64,000 nucleotides of DNA from the NCBI GenBank assembly GCA_963793265.1, contig CAWBZI010000007.1, positions 64,001-128,000 on the forward strand, in the 5' to 3' direction. Shown here in pieces: positions 44,342-55,028 of the stretch; within the stretch, counting starts at the first letter, position 1, and each line of letters opens with the position of its first letter. A program made the translations under genes and the position numbers. The DNA comes from an uncultured cyanobacterium. Its GTDB lineage: Bacteria; Cyanobacteriota; Cyanobacteriia; Phormidesmidales; Phormidesmidaceae. Below the pieces are notes generated by a model. The model was not told the origin of the DNA, did no database searches, and worked only from the letters and a program-made list of their open reading frames with translations.

Positions 44342-44461
44342 ATGCCTTCTTCCCTTGAAAGCCCACCTATTAGCGCCTGTCAGTTCTTAGTGATTAGCTA
44401 CGGTAGTCAGCTACAGGGCGACGGCTCAGCGGGGATGCGATCGCGCCCTCGTCACAATTGA
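44342..44461 (+). pseudogene. Possible 5' remnant of a hydrogenase maturation protease (HoxW-like)
   Basis: 39-aa ORF MPSSLESPPISACQFLVISYGSQLQGDGSAGMRSRPRHN*; FLVISYGSQLQGDGSAG resembles the LVIGYGNxLRGDDGxG family motif. Confidence 0.45.
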
Positions 44462-44581
44462 GCAATTCTTCAAAACCTACGGTCAAAGGCCATGACGTAC
44501 TAGCGAAGCGCTATGTGCATAAGCCGCTTCAAAAATTAAAATGCACCGTTGAACTCATTTTCTTTTACCCCTTCTAACACC

Positions 44582-45169
44582 ATGTTCAAAAGAATTCTAG
44601 TTGCGCTCGACTCAGGGGATACCTGCTACGCTCTGTTTGATAAAGCATTAGCGTTAGCCCAAGCTACGGGTGCAAGTCTAATTTTGTTTAGTGCCCTAAA
44701 CGCAGAAGAAGATGCCAGTGTGCCTTCTGCTTACGCGCTTGTAGGCTATCCAATCGGGATTAATGACAGCGCTTGGAACAACTACCAGCAGCGCTACAAA
44801 GCCTATGAAGCTAGAGAGCTAGCGAAGCTACGAAATTTTGTTAAACGCGCTAAGACCGCGGGAATTCAGGCAGAGTTTGCTCAAACCTCGGGCCTTCCAG
44901 GACAGGCTATTTGCGATCGCGCCAAAGCCTGTAGGGTAGATTTGGTGATGGTAGGCAGTCATCGACGCCTGGGCATTAAAGAGCTGCTACTCGGCAGCGT
45001 AAGCAACTACGTTATGCATCATGCACCTTGCTCAGTCATGGTTGTTCATAATCAATCCACGACGCGACTGACCACTGGCATTTCAAACTCGCAAACTTCA
45101 AACTCGCAAACTTCAAACTTGCAAGCTTCAAACTTACAGAAGGAAATCTATCATGTTGACAGTCGCTGA
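44582..45169 (+). CDS. Universal stress protein
   Basis: MFKRILVALD, DLVMVGSH, LLLGSVSNYVMHHAPCSV; C-terminal SNSQT-type repeats overlap the next gene. Confidence 0.93.
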   Translation: MFKRILVALDSGDTCYALFDKALALAQATGASLILFSALNAEEDASVPSAYALVGYPIGINDSAWNNYQQRYKAYEARELAKLRNFVKRAKTAGIQAEFAQTSGLPGQAICDRAKACRVDLVMVGSHRRLGIKELLLGSVSNYVMHHAPCSVMVVHNQSTTRLTTGISNSQTSNSQTSNLQASNLQKEIYHVDSR

Positions 45170-45668
45170 TATTATGACCCCTAAAGTTTTTACGATTCGT
45201 AGCTCTGCAAAACTGACGCAGGCGATCTTGCTGATGCAACAAAAGCAGGTGCGATCGCTAATTGTTGAAAGAGAAGTTCAGGGCGGTGCTTATGGCATCT
45301 TAACCGGGCAGGACATTGTTTATAAAGCGACAGCTCGGTGCGTAGATCCTAGTAGCACGATGGTTTGTGAGCTGATGAGTTCGCCCTGTGTAGCCGTTGA
45401 GCCTGACTTGAGTTTGTCAGCACTTGCTAAGCGCTTTTTAGCAGCGGGTATACGAAGGGCTCCGGTGATTGAAGACAGTCAATTACTGGGCGTTGTTTCT
45501 ATTACAGATATCCTTATGAATAGCAATGTGGATTCGGTTCATTTGCCGTGCGATTTGTCTGAGCAGATTGAAGTTGCTTTGCGTCACAATCGGCTTAACT
45601 GGGCTGAAGATAATCAGATTGAGCGGGAGTGCGAAGCGGCTAGAAATGTGCTGAGCGAACTGAGCTAA
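45153..45668 (+). CDS. CBS-pair protein with degenerate CP12-like tail
   Basis: Two CBS motifs (VADIMT, YGILT..DI, IRRAPV, LLGVVSITDI), then LSEQIEVAL...ECEAARNVLSEL. Confidence 0.82.
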   Translation: MLTVADIMTPKVFTIRSSAKLTQAILLMQQKQVRSLIVEREVQGGAYGILTGQDIVYKATARCVDPSSTMVCELMSSPCVAVEPDLSLSALAKRFLAAGIRRAPVIEDSQLLGVVSITDILMNSNVDSVHLPCDLSEQIEVALRHNRLNWAEDNQIERECEAARNVLSELS

Positions 45669-45674
45669 ATGCTA

Positions 45675-45708
45675 AGCCCCTACGGAAACAGCAATCTCCG
45701 TAGGGGCT
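45675..45708. terminator. Hairpin between convergent CBS and pentapeptide genes
   Basis: AGCCCCTACGGA-10nt-TCCGTAGGGGCT 12-bp perfect stem. Confidence 0.7.
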
Positions 45709-45719
45709 ATAGCCGTTTA

Positions 45720-46259
45720 TTACGAACCTATATGAGCGCCCCAAGAAACCCAATTTTGAGCGTTTGAAGACGTTCCACAGGTTGTAACTTTTGTTAGATT
45801 TTTTAGGATTGCACCTTCGTAATCGGCAGATTCTAGCTCGCGAGCGTCTATATGAGCGCCCGTTAAATCGGCTTCGCACAGGTTAGCGCCGCTCAGTCGC
45901 ACGTTGCTAAGATCCGCGCCTCTCAAGTCAGCGCGCCTTAGATCAGCGGCTCGCAAATCAGCATTTGAGAAGTTTGCCCCTATAAGACTGGCCGCCTGTA
46001 AGTCAGCGCCAATAAAGTTTGTACTTTGGAGATTAGCGCCGTTCAGAGTTACACCCGTAAGATCAGCATCGGTAAGGTTGGCCTCTGAGAGGTTAGCCCG
46101 GCTGAGATCGGTATTGGTAAAGTCTGCGCTGCTAAGATCGCAACGACTGAAGTTAATACCAACAAGAGAGGTATTGTGCAGTATTACCCCTCGTAATGAC
46201 ATTTTTGCGAAGTTGCGATCGCCTTTGTTGAATTCTTGAATGAGCTGTCGAAATACCAT
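45720..46259 (-). CDS. Pentapeptide repeat protein
   Basis: GDRNF then tandem A(D/N)L repeats; ATG 46259 preferred. Confidence 0.9.
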   Translation of the reverse strand: MVFRQLIQEFNKGDRNFAKMSLRGVILHNTSLVGINFSRCDLSSADFTNTDLSRANLSEANLTDADLTGVTLNGANLQSTNFIGADLQAASLIGANFSNADLRAADLRRADLRGADLSNVRLSGANLCEADLTGAHIDARELESADYEGAILKNLTKVTTCGTSSNAQNWVSWGAHIGS

Positions 46260-46363
46260 GAGAGTTTGCCTCAATAACACGTCTGTATGAGTGATTACCT
46301 ATCAACGCACCACTTGCCGAAACGATGCGCATGTAGGTCTGGCTATACAGCTTGCACATGCGG

Positions 46364-46400
46364 ATAGAGCGGTGTGTTTTCTCTCTTCACACCGCTCTAT
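46364..46400. other. 13-bp perfect inverted repeat overlapping the predicted pentapeptide-gene -10/TSS
   Basis: ATAGAGCGGTGTG-11nt-CACACCGCTCTAT. Confidence 0.7.
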
Positions 46401-46430
46401 TGTATACGCAGAATATGGAGAACTTATGAG
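46399..46430 (-). promoter_or_regulatory. Candidate RfpB box plus -10 element, pentapeptide gene
   Basis: Minus strand CTCAT-aagttc-TCCAT-N10-TACAAT. Confidence 0.68.
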
Positions 46431-46462
46431 GTTTCTTCAAACAGTGTTACTTAGCAAGGTAT

Positions 46463-46494
46463 CGCAAAAGTGCGAATGCATCCGCACTTTTGCG
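46463..46494 (-). terminator. Hairpin after psbH2, probable end of the apc-psb operon
   Basis: CGCAAAAGTGCG-8nt-CGCACTTTTGCG 12-bp perfect stem, about 50 nt after the psbH2 stop. Confidence 0.65.
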
Positions 46495-46546
46495 CGCCGC
46501 TTAGCCCACAGTGCACAAAGACTTTAACGACTACTAATGTAGTAAG

Positions 46547-46738
46547 CTAAGTGGCCAAAACGATAGTACCGTTATAGAGCTGCAAGAGAATCAGCATGAA
46601 AACCAGCAGCAAAACCAGCATAACCGCCATAATCGGCGCTGTTCCCCAGCCAGGAGATACCCGGCCTGCTTCAGAGTTAAGCTTTCTCAAGGGGTATTGA
46701 AGCGGGGCAGCTTTGTTAGAAACGTACTTTTGAGCCAT
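46547..46738 (-). CDS. psbH2: Far-red PSII subunit H
   Basis: [29 protein letters not shown]. Confidence 0.93.
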   Translation of the reverse strand: MAQKYVSNKAAPLQYPLRKLNSEAGRVSPGWGTAPIMAVMLVLLLVFMLILLQLYNGTIVLAT

Positions 46739-46751
46739 GATCTAGTCTCTA

Positions 46752-48281
46752 TTAAACAACTTTCTGACGAGAGGTCGGATCGCCTACTTTTGTGAAATAG
46801 CCCCACTCCACTTGTTCGGGGCTTAGCGTAGGGTCGATACCAGAGAATACGTCTTGGAAGATGGCTCGTAGGCCGTGCCAGATATGACCGAAAAACCAGA
46901 GTAGGGCAAAGCAGACATGGAAGAAGGCAAAGAAGCCGCGATTGCTGGTTCTAAACAGACCGTCTGAGTCGTAAACGTCGCGGTCGAACTCGAAGGGTTC
47001 TCCGAGCTGAGCTTTGCGAGCGTATTTTTCGACCGTTTTAGGATCGGTGAACGTTTGGCCGTCTAAATCGCCACCGGAGAAGCTGACGGTTACCCCAGTT
47101 TGTTCAATACCGTATTTGGCTTCTGCCTGACGGAAGGGAATATCGGCTCTCACTACACCGTCTTTGTCGAATAAGACAACTGGAAAGTTTTCAAAGAAGT
47201 TGGGTATTCGACGAACGATAAGCTCTCTGTTTTCGCCGTCTTTAAAGGTGGGATGGCCGAGCCAGGTTGTTGGAAGCCCGTCGCCATCCACCATACGACC
47301 TACCCGAAACAATCCCCCCTTAGCAGGACTGTTGCCTACATAGTCATAAAAAGCAAGCTTAGTCGGTACGCTATCCCAGGCTTGTGAAGGCGTTTTACCC
47401 TCGTTAAGATCGGCGTTTACCCGGCGGCTAATTTCTTGCTGAAAGTAGCCCTGATCCCACTGGTAGCGCGTGGGCCCCCACAGTTCGATTGGGGTTGTTG
47501 CTGTGCCGTACCACATGGTACCAGCGGCGATGAACGCGCCTGAGAAGAACACGGCCAGGCCGCTGGCAAGAACGCTTTCGATGTTGCCCATTCTAAGCAT
47601 TTGATAGAGGTATTGAGGCGGCCGCACTAGAATATGGAACAGTCCGCCAAGAATGGCAACAATGCCCAGGGCAATATGGTGCGCGACTACGCCACCTGGG
47701 TTTTGCGGATCAAATCCAGCAGGGCCCCAGTCTGGAGCGACGCCCTGAACGTGTCCGATGAGGCCGAAGGGATCGGAAACCCACATGCCGGGCCCGAAGA
47801 TGCCGGTTAGGTGAAATGCGCCAAAGCCGAAACACAGCAGCCCGGCGAGGGTGAGATGAATGCCGAAGACTTTGGGAAGATCGATCACAGGTTCGTTGGT
47901 TTTGGGATCGAAAAAGGTGGCAATGTCCCAGTAGACCCAGTGCCAGCAGGCGGCTAGGAAGGAGAGTCCAGAAAAGAGAATGTGGGCGATCGCAACCGTT
48001 TCAAATGTCCAAAAGCCTGGATTGATAAATGTCTCTCCGGTGACGCTCCAACCCTGCCAAGAGTTGACGACGCCTAAGCGAGCAACAAAGGGCATTAGGA
48101 AGCATCCCTGCCGCCACATTGGATTTAAGATTGCATCGCTAGGGTCGTAACGAGAGAGTTCAAACAGCAGCGTTGAACCGGCAAATCCAGCGCAGAGTGC
48201 GTTGTGCATCAGGTGCACGGCGATAAGTCGGCCTGGGTCGTTGAGAACAGAGGTGTGTACGCGATACCAGGGAAGTCCCAT
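46752..48281 (-). CDS. psbB2: Far-red CP47
   Basis: [34 protein letters not shown]. Confidence 0.97.
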   Translation of the reverse strand: MGLPWYRVHTSVLNDPGRLIAVHLMHNALCAGFAGSTLLFELSRYDPSDAILNPMWRQGCFLMPFVARLGVVNSWQGWSVTGETFINPGFWTFETVAIAHILFSGLSFLAACWHWVYWDIATFFDPKTNEPVIDLPKVFGIHLTLAGLLCFGFGAFHLTGIFGPGMWVSDPFGLIGHVQGVAPDWGPAGFDPQNPGGVVAHHIALGIVAILGGLFHILVRPPQYLYQMLRMGNIESVLASGLAVFFSGAFIAAGTMWYGTATTPIELWGPTRYQWDQGYFQQEISRRVNADLNEGKTPSQAWDSVPTKLAFYDYVGNSPAKGGLFRVGRMVDGDGLPTTWLGHPTFKDGENRELIVRRIPNFFENFPVVLFDKDGVVRADIPFRQAEAKYGIEQTGVTVSFSGGDLDGQTFTDPKTVEKYARKAQLGEPFEFDRDVYDSDGLFRTSNRGFFAFFHVCFALLWFFGHIWHGLRAIFQDVFSGIDPTLSPEQVEWGYFTKVGDPTSRQKVV

Positions 48282-48329
48282 GGCGTTTTCTCCTATGAGT
48301 TCAGGGCGGGTTGTGAGGATTGTTACCGA

Positions 48330-49778
48330 TTAGTCCGAGCGCATACTCGGATCGATAGGAGCCATCGAGAGTACGGGTTCGTTCTCTCGATCTAGACCAG
48401 TTTCAAAGCCAGCCGCAGCGGCTCTAGCTCGACCAGCGTGCCAAAGGTGGCCAACTAAAAAGAAGAAGCCAAAGATAAAATGAGCAGAGGCAAGCCAGGT
48501 TCTGGGCGAAACGTAGTTGAAGGCGTTAGACTCGGTGGCGAGCCCTGCAACAGAGTTGAGTGAGCCAATCGGGGAATGGGTCATGTATTCAGCGGCGCGG
48601 CGAACCTGCCAGGGCTGAACGTCGTTTTGCAGCCGTTCTAAGTCGAGGCCGTTGGTGCCGCGTAGTGGTTCGATCCAGGGGGCGCGGGCATCCCAAAAGC
48701 GCATGGTTTCGCCGCCAAAGATGATTTCTCCTGTGGGCGATCGCTGTAAATATTTCCCTAAGCCAGTTGGCCCCTGCGCTGAGGCTACGTCTGCCCCCAT
48801 ACCCTGATCTCTCATCAAGAACACAAACGATTGAGCCTGTGATGCTTCAGGTACGGTCGGCCCGTAAAAGGCACTTGGATACACCGTGTTGTTGAACCAA
48901 ATAAACGCTGTTGCAATAAACGCCTGCCCAGCGACGTTACCTAAGCTTTGAGAGAGATAGGTTTCGCCTGTCCAAGGAAAGAGATTATAAGTCCAGCGGA
49001 GGGGCGGTACTAAAATGTGCCATATGCCGCCGGCAATCAGGATGCAGCCAATCCAAATATGACCGCCGATGACATCTTCTAAGTTGTTGACGCTGACAAT
49101 CCAGCCTTCGCCGCCAGTTGGCTTCTTAATTAGATAGCCGAAGATAATTCGTGGATCTAGCGTAGGATGGCTGATCAGGCGAACGTCGCCGCCGCCAGGA
49201 GCCCAAGGATCGTATAGACCGCCCCAGTACATCGCTTTGGCTGAAAACAGTAGCGCAAAGACACCTAGAAGGGCAATGTGAAAGCCCAGAATTTGAGCAA
49301 CTTTGGCTTTGTCTGTCCAGTCAAACTGAAAGAAGCCGTACAGTTTTTCGGGCCCCTGGATCGCGTGATATAGGCCACCAATGCCGAGCACTGCCGAGCC
49401 GATCAGGTGTGCAACACCAATAGCAAAGAAGGGGAAGATACTGGTGATTTCTCCGTTCTGGCCAACGCCGATGCCGAGCGTGGCGATGTGGGGCATGAGG
49501 ATGCACCCTTGCTCGTACATTGGCTTGTACAGGCTGTAGTGAGAGACTTCAAATAGCAGCATTCCGCCTGCCCACAGGGCAACAAGGCCCGCATGAGCGA
49601 CATGGGCTCCTAAGAACCGACCCGTGAGTTCGGGGGTGATAAAGCGGGCGTTGCCTGCCCACCAGGCGTAGCCGCTAGAGGCTTCGTCGTAGCCAGCGCT
49701 TTGGGGCGCGAGGATAGAGCTGGTTTCAGCGGGGATAGTAATAGATAGATCTGGGATGGTTTCGATCGGCGTTTCCAT
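48330..49778 (-). CDS. psbC2: Far-red CP43
   Basis: [46 protein letters not shown]. Confidence 0.97.
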   Translation of the reverse strand: METPIETIPDLSITIPAETSSILAPQSAGYDEASSGYAWWAGNARFITPELTGRFLGAHVAHAGLVALWAGGMLLFEVSHYSLYKPMYEQGCILMPHIATLGIGVGQNGEITSIFPFFAIGVAHLIGSAVLGIGGLYHAIQGPEKLYGFFQFDWTDKAKVAQILGFHIALLGVFALLFSAKAMYWGGLYDPWAPGGGDVRLISHPTLDPRIIFGYLIKKPTGGEGWIVSVNNLEDVIGGHIWIGCILIAGGIWHILVPPLRWTYNLFPWTGETYLSQSLGNVAGQAFIATAFIWFNNTVYPSAFYGPTVPEASQAQSFVFLMRDQGMGADVASAQGPTGLGKYLQRSPTGEIIFGGETMRFWDARAPWIEPLRGTNGLDLERLQNDVQPWQVRRAAEYMTHSPIGSLNSVAGLATESNAFNYVSPRTWLASAHFIFGFFFLVGHLWHAGRARAAAAGFETGLDRENEPVLSMAPIDPSMRSD

Positions 49779-49849
49779 GGGGGTTAGAACCTCTTAGGAT
49801 TGATTGTCTGGAGCATAGTTCTGGGTATTGTCCTAAAATTTGTTGAGCT

Positions 49850-50908
49850 TTATTCGGAGAAGCCACGGGGTAAGACTTCATCTGGAAAGACAAACTTTTT
49901 AGCGGGCTGATCCATTTCTGAAAGCCAGGCGCGAAGACCTTCATTGAGCAGAATGTTCTTGGTGTAGAAAGTCTCGAACTCGGGGTCTTCAGCGGCTCTA
50001 ATCTCCTGACTAACAAAGTCGTAGGCTCGTAGGTTAAACGCCAGCCCGGCCATACCGATTGCACTCATCCATAGGCCCGTGACGGGTACAAATAGCATGA
50101 AGAAATGCAGCCACCGTTTGTTAGAAAAGGCAATGCCGAAAATCTGCGACCAGAAGCGATTGGCAGTCACCATAGAGTAGGTTTCTTCTGCCTGATCGGT
50201 CGCAAAGCCTTTAAAGGTGTTCTTCCCTCGATTGTCTTCAAACAGCGTGTTTTGCACGGTGGCTCCGTGAATGGCGCACAGCAAAGCGCCTCCTAACACG
50301 CCCGTAACGCCCATCATGTGAAAGGGGTTGAGAGTGTAGTTGTGGAAGCCCTGAAAGAACAATAGGAATCGGAAGATTGCGGAGACGCCAAAGCCGGGGC
50401 CAAAGAACCAGCTTGATTGGCCGAGCGGATAGATGAGGAAGGTGGCAACAAAGACGGCAATTGGAGCAGAAAAGGCGATCGCATTATAAGGCCGAATGCC
50501 GACTAGCCTAGCCACTTCAATCTGTCGCAGCATAAATCCCATCAGGCCAAAAATGCCGTGGAAGGCGACAAACGTCCACAGTCCGCCGACTTGGAACCAG
50601 CGAACCAGACTACCCCCGGCTTCTGGGCCCCACAAAAGTAGGAGAGAATGGCCCATGCTTTCGGCAGGTGTAGAGACGGCAACCGTCAGAAAGTTGCAGC
50701 CTTCTAAATAAGACGAAACGAGGCCGTGAGTGTACCAGGAAGTAACAAACGTGGTGCCGGTAAACCAGCCGCCAAGTGCAAGAAATGAGCAGGGGAAAAG
50801 TAAAAGACCCGACCAGCCGATGAACACGAAGCGATCACGCTTCAGCCAGTCGTCAATCCCCCTTACCCAGTTTCCTCGGGAGGTAGGCAATCCTATTGTA
50901 ATGGTCAT
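49850..50908 (-). CDS. psbD3: Far-red D2 protein
   Basis: [50 protein letters not shown]. Confidence 0.97.
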   Translation of the reverse strand: MTITIGLPTSRGNWVRGIDDWLKRDRFVFIGWSGLLLFPCSFLALGGWFTGTTFVTSWYTHGLVSSYLEGCNFLTVAVSTPAESMGHSLLLLWGPEAGGSLVRWFQVGGLWTFVAFHGIFGLMGFMLRQIEVARLVGIRPYNAIAFSAPIAVFVATFLIYPLGQSSWFFGPGFGVSAIFRFLLFFQGFHNYTLNPFHMMGVTGVLGGALLCAIHGATVQNTLFEDNRGKNTFKGFATDQAEETYSMVTANRFWSQIFGIAFSNKRWLHFFMLFVPVTGLWMSAIGMAGLAFNLRAYDFVSQEIRAAEDPEFETFYTKNILLNEGLRAWLSEMDQPAKKFVFPDEVLPRGFSE

Positions 50909-50942
50909 GATGATGTCCTTAAACTTAACTAATTAGGCGCGT

Positions 50943-51473
50943 TCAGGCAGCTTTGCGAACGCTGCTGTCTTTAATCCCAAAGTAGGAGGGGCCTGGCCGC
51001 ACCAGCTCTTGAATGATCTGGTCGAAGTAGGGGATAATGGCGGCGGCTTCGGGCTCTGAGAGAAGTGCGATCGCCTCAGCTCTTAGGCAGCGTAGGTACT
51101 GCAAAATGTTGTCTAAGGGAATGCCGATATTGGTATAGAGTTCTTTCATACCCAGCAGGCCGATCTCTCTTAGGGGGCGATCGCTTCCGGCTAATAAACA
51201 ATAGCTAATCAGCCGAACGTACCAGCTCATATCGCGCTGAGCTGCCTCAGTTTTTTTGCGGCTACCGCTATTGCTAGGCGTACGCGGGCATATCTGCCAG
51301 AATTTGCGAGTGCCTCTTTCTACAATAGCAGGCGCATGTTGTTCTAAAACCTTGGCGAGCTGAATTCGCTCTGTTCCTGTTTTACAAAAGCTGCGAATGG
51401 TCTGTAGCTCTCCGGGGGTTGGGTAGCGGAGTTCTTCGTCGGCGTCGATAATGACCTGTTTGACGATGCTCAT
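50943..51473 (-). CDS. apcD3: Far-red allophycocyanin ApcD3
   Basis: MSIVKQVI start at 51473; canonical bilin Cys replaced (TEAAQRD), as expected for ApcD3. Confidence 0.9.
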   Translation of the reverse strand: MSIVKQVIIDADEELRYPTPGELQTIRSFCKTGTERIQLAKVLEQHAPAIVERGTRKFWQICPRTPSNSGSRKKTEAAQRDMSWYVRLISYCLLAGSDRPLREIGLLGMKELYTNIGIPLDNILQYLRCLRAEAIALLSEPEAAAIIPYFDQIIQELVRPGPSYFGIKDSSVRKAA

Positions 51474-51684
51474 AGGTTTAACCTCATCTAAACTTTGGGT
51501 AGATATGCACGCCGCCAAACCAGCTAATTGAGATGCGGTAGGCAAAAGGATTGATGTAGTGATGGGTTGTTTGGCTAGAGAGATTTGTGCTGGTAGCTGA
51601 TGTGACGATTAGCGGAACTTCTAGCGTGGAATGGGCTGGATTGTTTTGTTTGTTGTTCATGGTTTTGTTGATGAAAGACGACAC

Positions 51685-53889
51685 CTAAGCCGTCACAACC
51701 TCAGACTCAACGCTTTCTTCGGCACTCTCTTCTTCAGCAACAATCGGGTCAGAAGCCACAAACTGATCTTCCTCAATAGGAACAGGCGACGGCGACGCGC
51801 TATGCGCTGAACCTATCAGTTTGTCACGGTCTGAAAGCGGCGAACTTGGTGCTTGCCCATTCCCATTTTCGCTGACGAGCCTATCTTTAGACGGCACATA
51901 GCGCATCATATAGGCTTCGACAGTCAGCGGATTCTCTCTTTGTTTCGCAAAGGCCGCTGGCCCCTGCGGATGTCTGGCACTAAGCCCGCGCGGCGTTATA
52001 TAGCGTTCGTAGGGAACCGTATCTTCCCCAAAGGCTTTCGCATATTCATCGCTATCAATAATGGCATCGATTAGGGCGTAGAAACCTTGACGACCACAGA
52101 TATCGTAGTATTTGTTGGTTTCTCTGCGGTCGTAAGTTGGTCTGCCGAGCAGCCGCCTGTGAATGACTTCAGCGGCTTTGGTTACATACAGATTTTCCCA
52201 GTAAGCCCGACGGAAAGCTTTTGTTTTTGCGAGCTTTCGGACAAACTCACGCATCGTAATACGGCCCCCTCTAAACTCGGTTTCGGCCACTAAGTCTCGC
52301 TGACTTGCCGAGATATCGCGGCCAAATACCTGACGGTAAGTCGCTAAGATAACGGCCTCAGTAGAATGGTGAGCGATGTGCCTGTGATGGCTACTGATTA
52401 AAATGCGACGGCTGTCTTCACTGAAGTGAGCAGGCTGAGCGTTTGGATGACGATTTTCCTGCGGGAAGATTGCGCCAAACTGAATCTCTAATGGGTCATT
52501 ACCGACACCGTAGGCGTGCTGGTTGGGTAAAGGCTGCTGATAGCCTGCAAAGGTGGTTACAAACTGTGGCACTTTGCGAACGGGCGCGCTGTATTTGAAC
52601 AGATCTAGCTGCGGCCCCCAGTTACGACACGCTTGAGCCTCTAAACCGATTCCTCTAAGGAAGGGAACGGTTTCTTCTCCAAAATAATCAGCGTATTCTT
52701 GAGAATCAACAAAGGCATCTACAACAGCCGGAAAACCCTTGTCTGCTATCAGTTCAAAGTACTTTTGGAATTCTTCCATACAGCTTAGGCCGCGCCCGAG
52801 AAAGTGGCGACAGGCTAGCTCGATAGATCGGCTAATGGTGTAGGGCTCGTAGTATAGCTGCCGGTAAAGCCGCGATTTCCCAAGCTGACGAACGAATGTT
52901 TTCATTGAACCTTGTTCGCTTTTTACCTGCGAGATTGGCTCGGCTAATACCCTATTGCCTACGTGAGACACATCTCGCTCAAGCACCTGTCGATAGGCTG
53001 CTTTTATCACTTCATCTTTTTCAATGTCGGGCAGCTCGTGCCGCATAATCCACCGCGGCTGAAGGCGACCGCTTTCTTCGTAGCTATCGGGGAGATACAG
53101 CCCTTGATGATGCTTGGAAACGCCTGGGCGCAAGCGATCCGAGGGCTTTTCAACGGTGTAGTCAGCAATCAGCACATCGAAGTATCGCTTTACCAAAGAA
53201 GCTGCTGCTGATTCAGGCCGGAAAAAAGAAAGAGACTTCCACTGCATTTCTCGTAAAGCAACAGCTGTAGCAACCGTGACGTTCTCGGGAATAACGCCTC
53301 GAAGCCCTTTTGTATTAATGGTGATAATGCTAGTGTCACCAGCGACAATTGCATAGGTGATATATCGCAAAAACCAGCCTAAGTCTCTCATAGAGCGCTT
53401 CATTCGCACCGCACCGTAGTCAGAGATGCTAATGGCCTGAAAGTTGCTCGGAAGGCTAGGCTTGCCACTAAAGAACAGCCCTTTAACCCAATCAAGCGGA
53501 CTCTCAAAGGTATTTACTTTCGTATGGTCGTCTGTTCCACCGTGCTCTTTACGAACCCTATCTGCCGCAGAGAGGTAGTCTTCGGCTATGTAGTATCCTG
53601 ACCCTGGCAGTCCTAGCGGGTCTTCTGGCTTTTCAAAGTAATCCATTGGATTGCCGCCGACAAAAATGCGCTTGCCGCCAGCAGCTACGATGGTATCGGC
53701 ATGCTCACTCAGGGTTTGGGCAATCGACAGGCGGGCTCTGCCTGAAGATAAAAAAGCCGAGAGTTCTTTTATTTCATTTTGGGTGAGGTAGCGATCGCGC
53801 TGTTGCGCACTATCAATTACAGTGGTCGGCACCGTACGATACTGTTGCGGGCATACCACCGGGCTGCCCCCATTAATCCGATCAGCCAT
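51685..53889 (-). CDS. apcE2: Far-red core-membrane linker ApcE2
   Basis: Phycobiliprotein domain with VIPENV (no bilin Cys) plus two REP domains; ATG 53889 (MADRING). Confidence 0.95.
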   Translation of the reverse strand: MADRINGGSPVVCPQQYRTVPTTVIDSAQQRDRYLTQNEIKELSAFLSSGRARLSIAQTLSEHADTIVAAGGKRIFVGGNPMDYFEKPEDPLGLPGSGYYIAEDYLSAADRVRKEHGGTDDHTKVNTFESPLDWVKGLFFSGKPSLPSNFQAISISDYGAVRMKRSMRDLGWFLRYITYAIVAGDTSIITINTKGLRGVIPENVTVATAVALREMQWKSLSFFRPESAAASLVKRYFDVLIADYTVEKPSDRLRPGVSKHHQGLYLPDSYEESGRLQPRWIMRHELPDIEKDEVIKAAYRQVLERDVSHVGNRVLAEPISQVKSEQGSMKTFVRQLGKSRLYRQLYYEPYTISRSIELACRHFLGRGLSCMEEFQKYFELIADKGFPAVVDAFVDSQEYADYFGEETVPFLRGIGLEAQACRNWGPQLDLFKYSAPVRKVPQFVTTFAGYQQPLPNQHAYGVGNDPLEIQFGAIFPQENRHPNAQPAHFSEDSRRILISSHHRHIAHHSTEAVILATYRQVFGRDISASQRDLVAETEFRGGRITMREFVRKLAKTKAFRRAYWENLYVTKAAEVIHRRLLGRPTYDRRETNKYYDICGRQGFYALIDAIIDSDEYAKAFGEDTVPYERYITPRGLSARHPQGPAAFAKQRENPLTVEAYMMRYVPSKDRLVSENGNGQAPSSPLSDRDKLIGSAHSASPSPVPIEEDQFVASDPIVAEEESAEESVESEVVTA

Positions 53890-53951
53890 AGCGGCCTCCA
53901 AACAAATTCAACACATTATTTTCAGCAATCAGCTTTAGACTCGTCAGCCGC

Positions 53952-54431
53952 TCAGGGCATTAAGCCTGCAATGAGATAGTCAAAGTACGGGCCGACTTCA
54001 GCGACATCTTCTAAGCTCAACATTTCTAGCGTCACCTCTTTAAGCGCGCGCATACAGTCTGCTAGGTTCCTGAGCGGAACGCCGAGAGACTGATACATTT
54101 CTTTTGCGCCTCTGACGCCGCTATCTTCAAGCGGATCTACGTCGCCTGCGGCTACCGCATAAGAAATCAGCCTAATAAACCACGCCTGGTCGCGCAGACA
54201 CGAAGCCTGGAATCGCTCGTTTTCAGCATTGCTAGGGGTAATGGGGCATCGCTGCCAAAACCTTTGGCTTCCCTTTTGAACAATCTCTTCTACATTACTG
54301 TTGAGAATTGAGACAATTCTCAATCGCTGCGATCCGTTATGGAAAAATCTCTCAACGGCGTCAAGTTCGCCTTTAGACAAGTAGCGAACTTCGCGGTCGG
54401 CGGTTGCGATCGCCTGAGTAATCACGCTCAT
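53952..54431 (-). CDS. apcD2: Far-red allophycocyanin ApcD2
   Basis: MSVITQAIATAD start; FWQRCP, ASCLRDQAW; lies between apcB2 and apcE2. Confidence 0.88.
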   Translation of the reverse strand: MSVITQAIATADREVRYLSKGELDAVERFFHNGSQRLRIVSILNSNVEEIVQKGSQRFWQRCPITPSNAENERFQASCLRDQAWFIRLISYAVAAGDVDPLEDSGVRGAKEMYQSLGVPLRNLADCMRALKEVTLEMLSLEDVAEVGPYFDYLIAGLMP

Positions 54432-54488
54432 AATAAACAGCCCTAACACAGCATAGACATTAACAAAGGCGATGCAATACTTCTACTA

Positions 54489-54974
54489 CTAGCTCAGCCC
54501 AGAGCCAATGTGATCAAAGTAAGCGCCCACTTCTCGACCGGCTTCAGCGCCTATCATATCGGTGACTACTTCTTTCATGGCCTGCACCGAACGCACAGTT
54601 GCGCCTACGGGTACGCCCAAAGAGTTGTAAGTCTCTTTCAGACCGTTCAGTACACGCTCATCTAGAATTGACGGATCGCCTGCTAGCATGGCATAGGTCG
54701 CGTAGCGTAGAAAGAAATCCATATCCCGAACGCAGGCAGCGTAACGACGACAGGTGTACATGTTGCCACCAGGCGCGGTGATATCGGTGTATAGCAATGA
54801 TTTTGCGACTGTTTTAGTCACAATCACAGAGGCATTAGCGCTGATTGTCATAGCGGCTCTTGCTCTTAAGTCGCCGCTGCGAAAGTATTGCTGCAGCGTG
54901 TCTAAAGATGAGTCATCTAAATACTTGCCTTGAGCGTCAGAAGCGTTAATGAGCGTGGTGATAGCGTCTTGCAT
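54489..54974 (-). CDS. apcB2: Far-red allophycocyanin beta subunit
   Basis: [27 protein letters not shown]. Confidence 0.95.
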   Translation of the reverse strand: MQDAITTLINASDAQGKYLDDSSLDTLQQYFRSGDLRARAAMTISANASVIVTKTVAKSLLYTDITAPGGNMYTCRRYAACVRDMDFFLRYATYAMLAGDPSILDERVLNGLKETYNSLGVPVGATVRSVQAMKEVVTDMIGAEAGREVGAYFDHIGSGLS

Positions 54975-55028
54975 GGGCGTTCTCCTACAGGGGGTAATCA
55001 AAATAGGTAGTTGCTGAAAGAAAGGCTT

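Noticed and set aside
45082..45135. 15-bp imperfect repeats (SNSQT) at the USP 3' end
   Set aside because: Low-complexity slippage repeat in a disordered tail; no function evident.
51484..51684. 66-aa ORF between apcE2 and apcD3
   Set aside because: Low-complexity composition, no recognisable motif or clear RBS; treated as intergenic.
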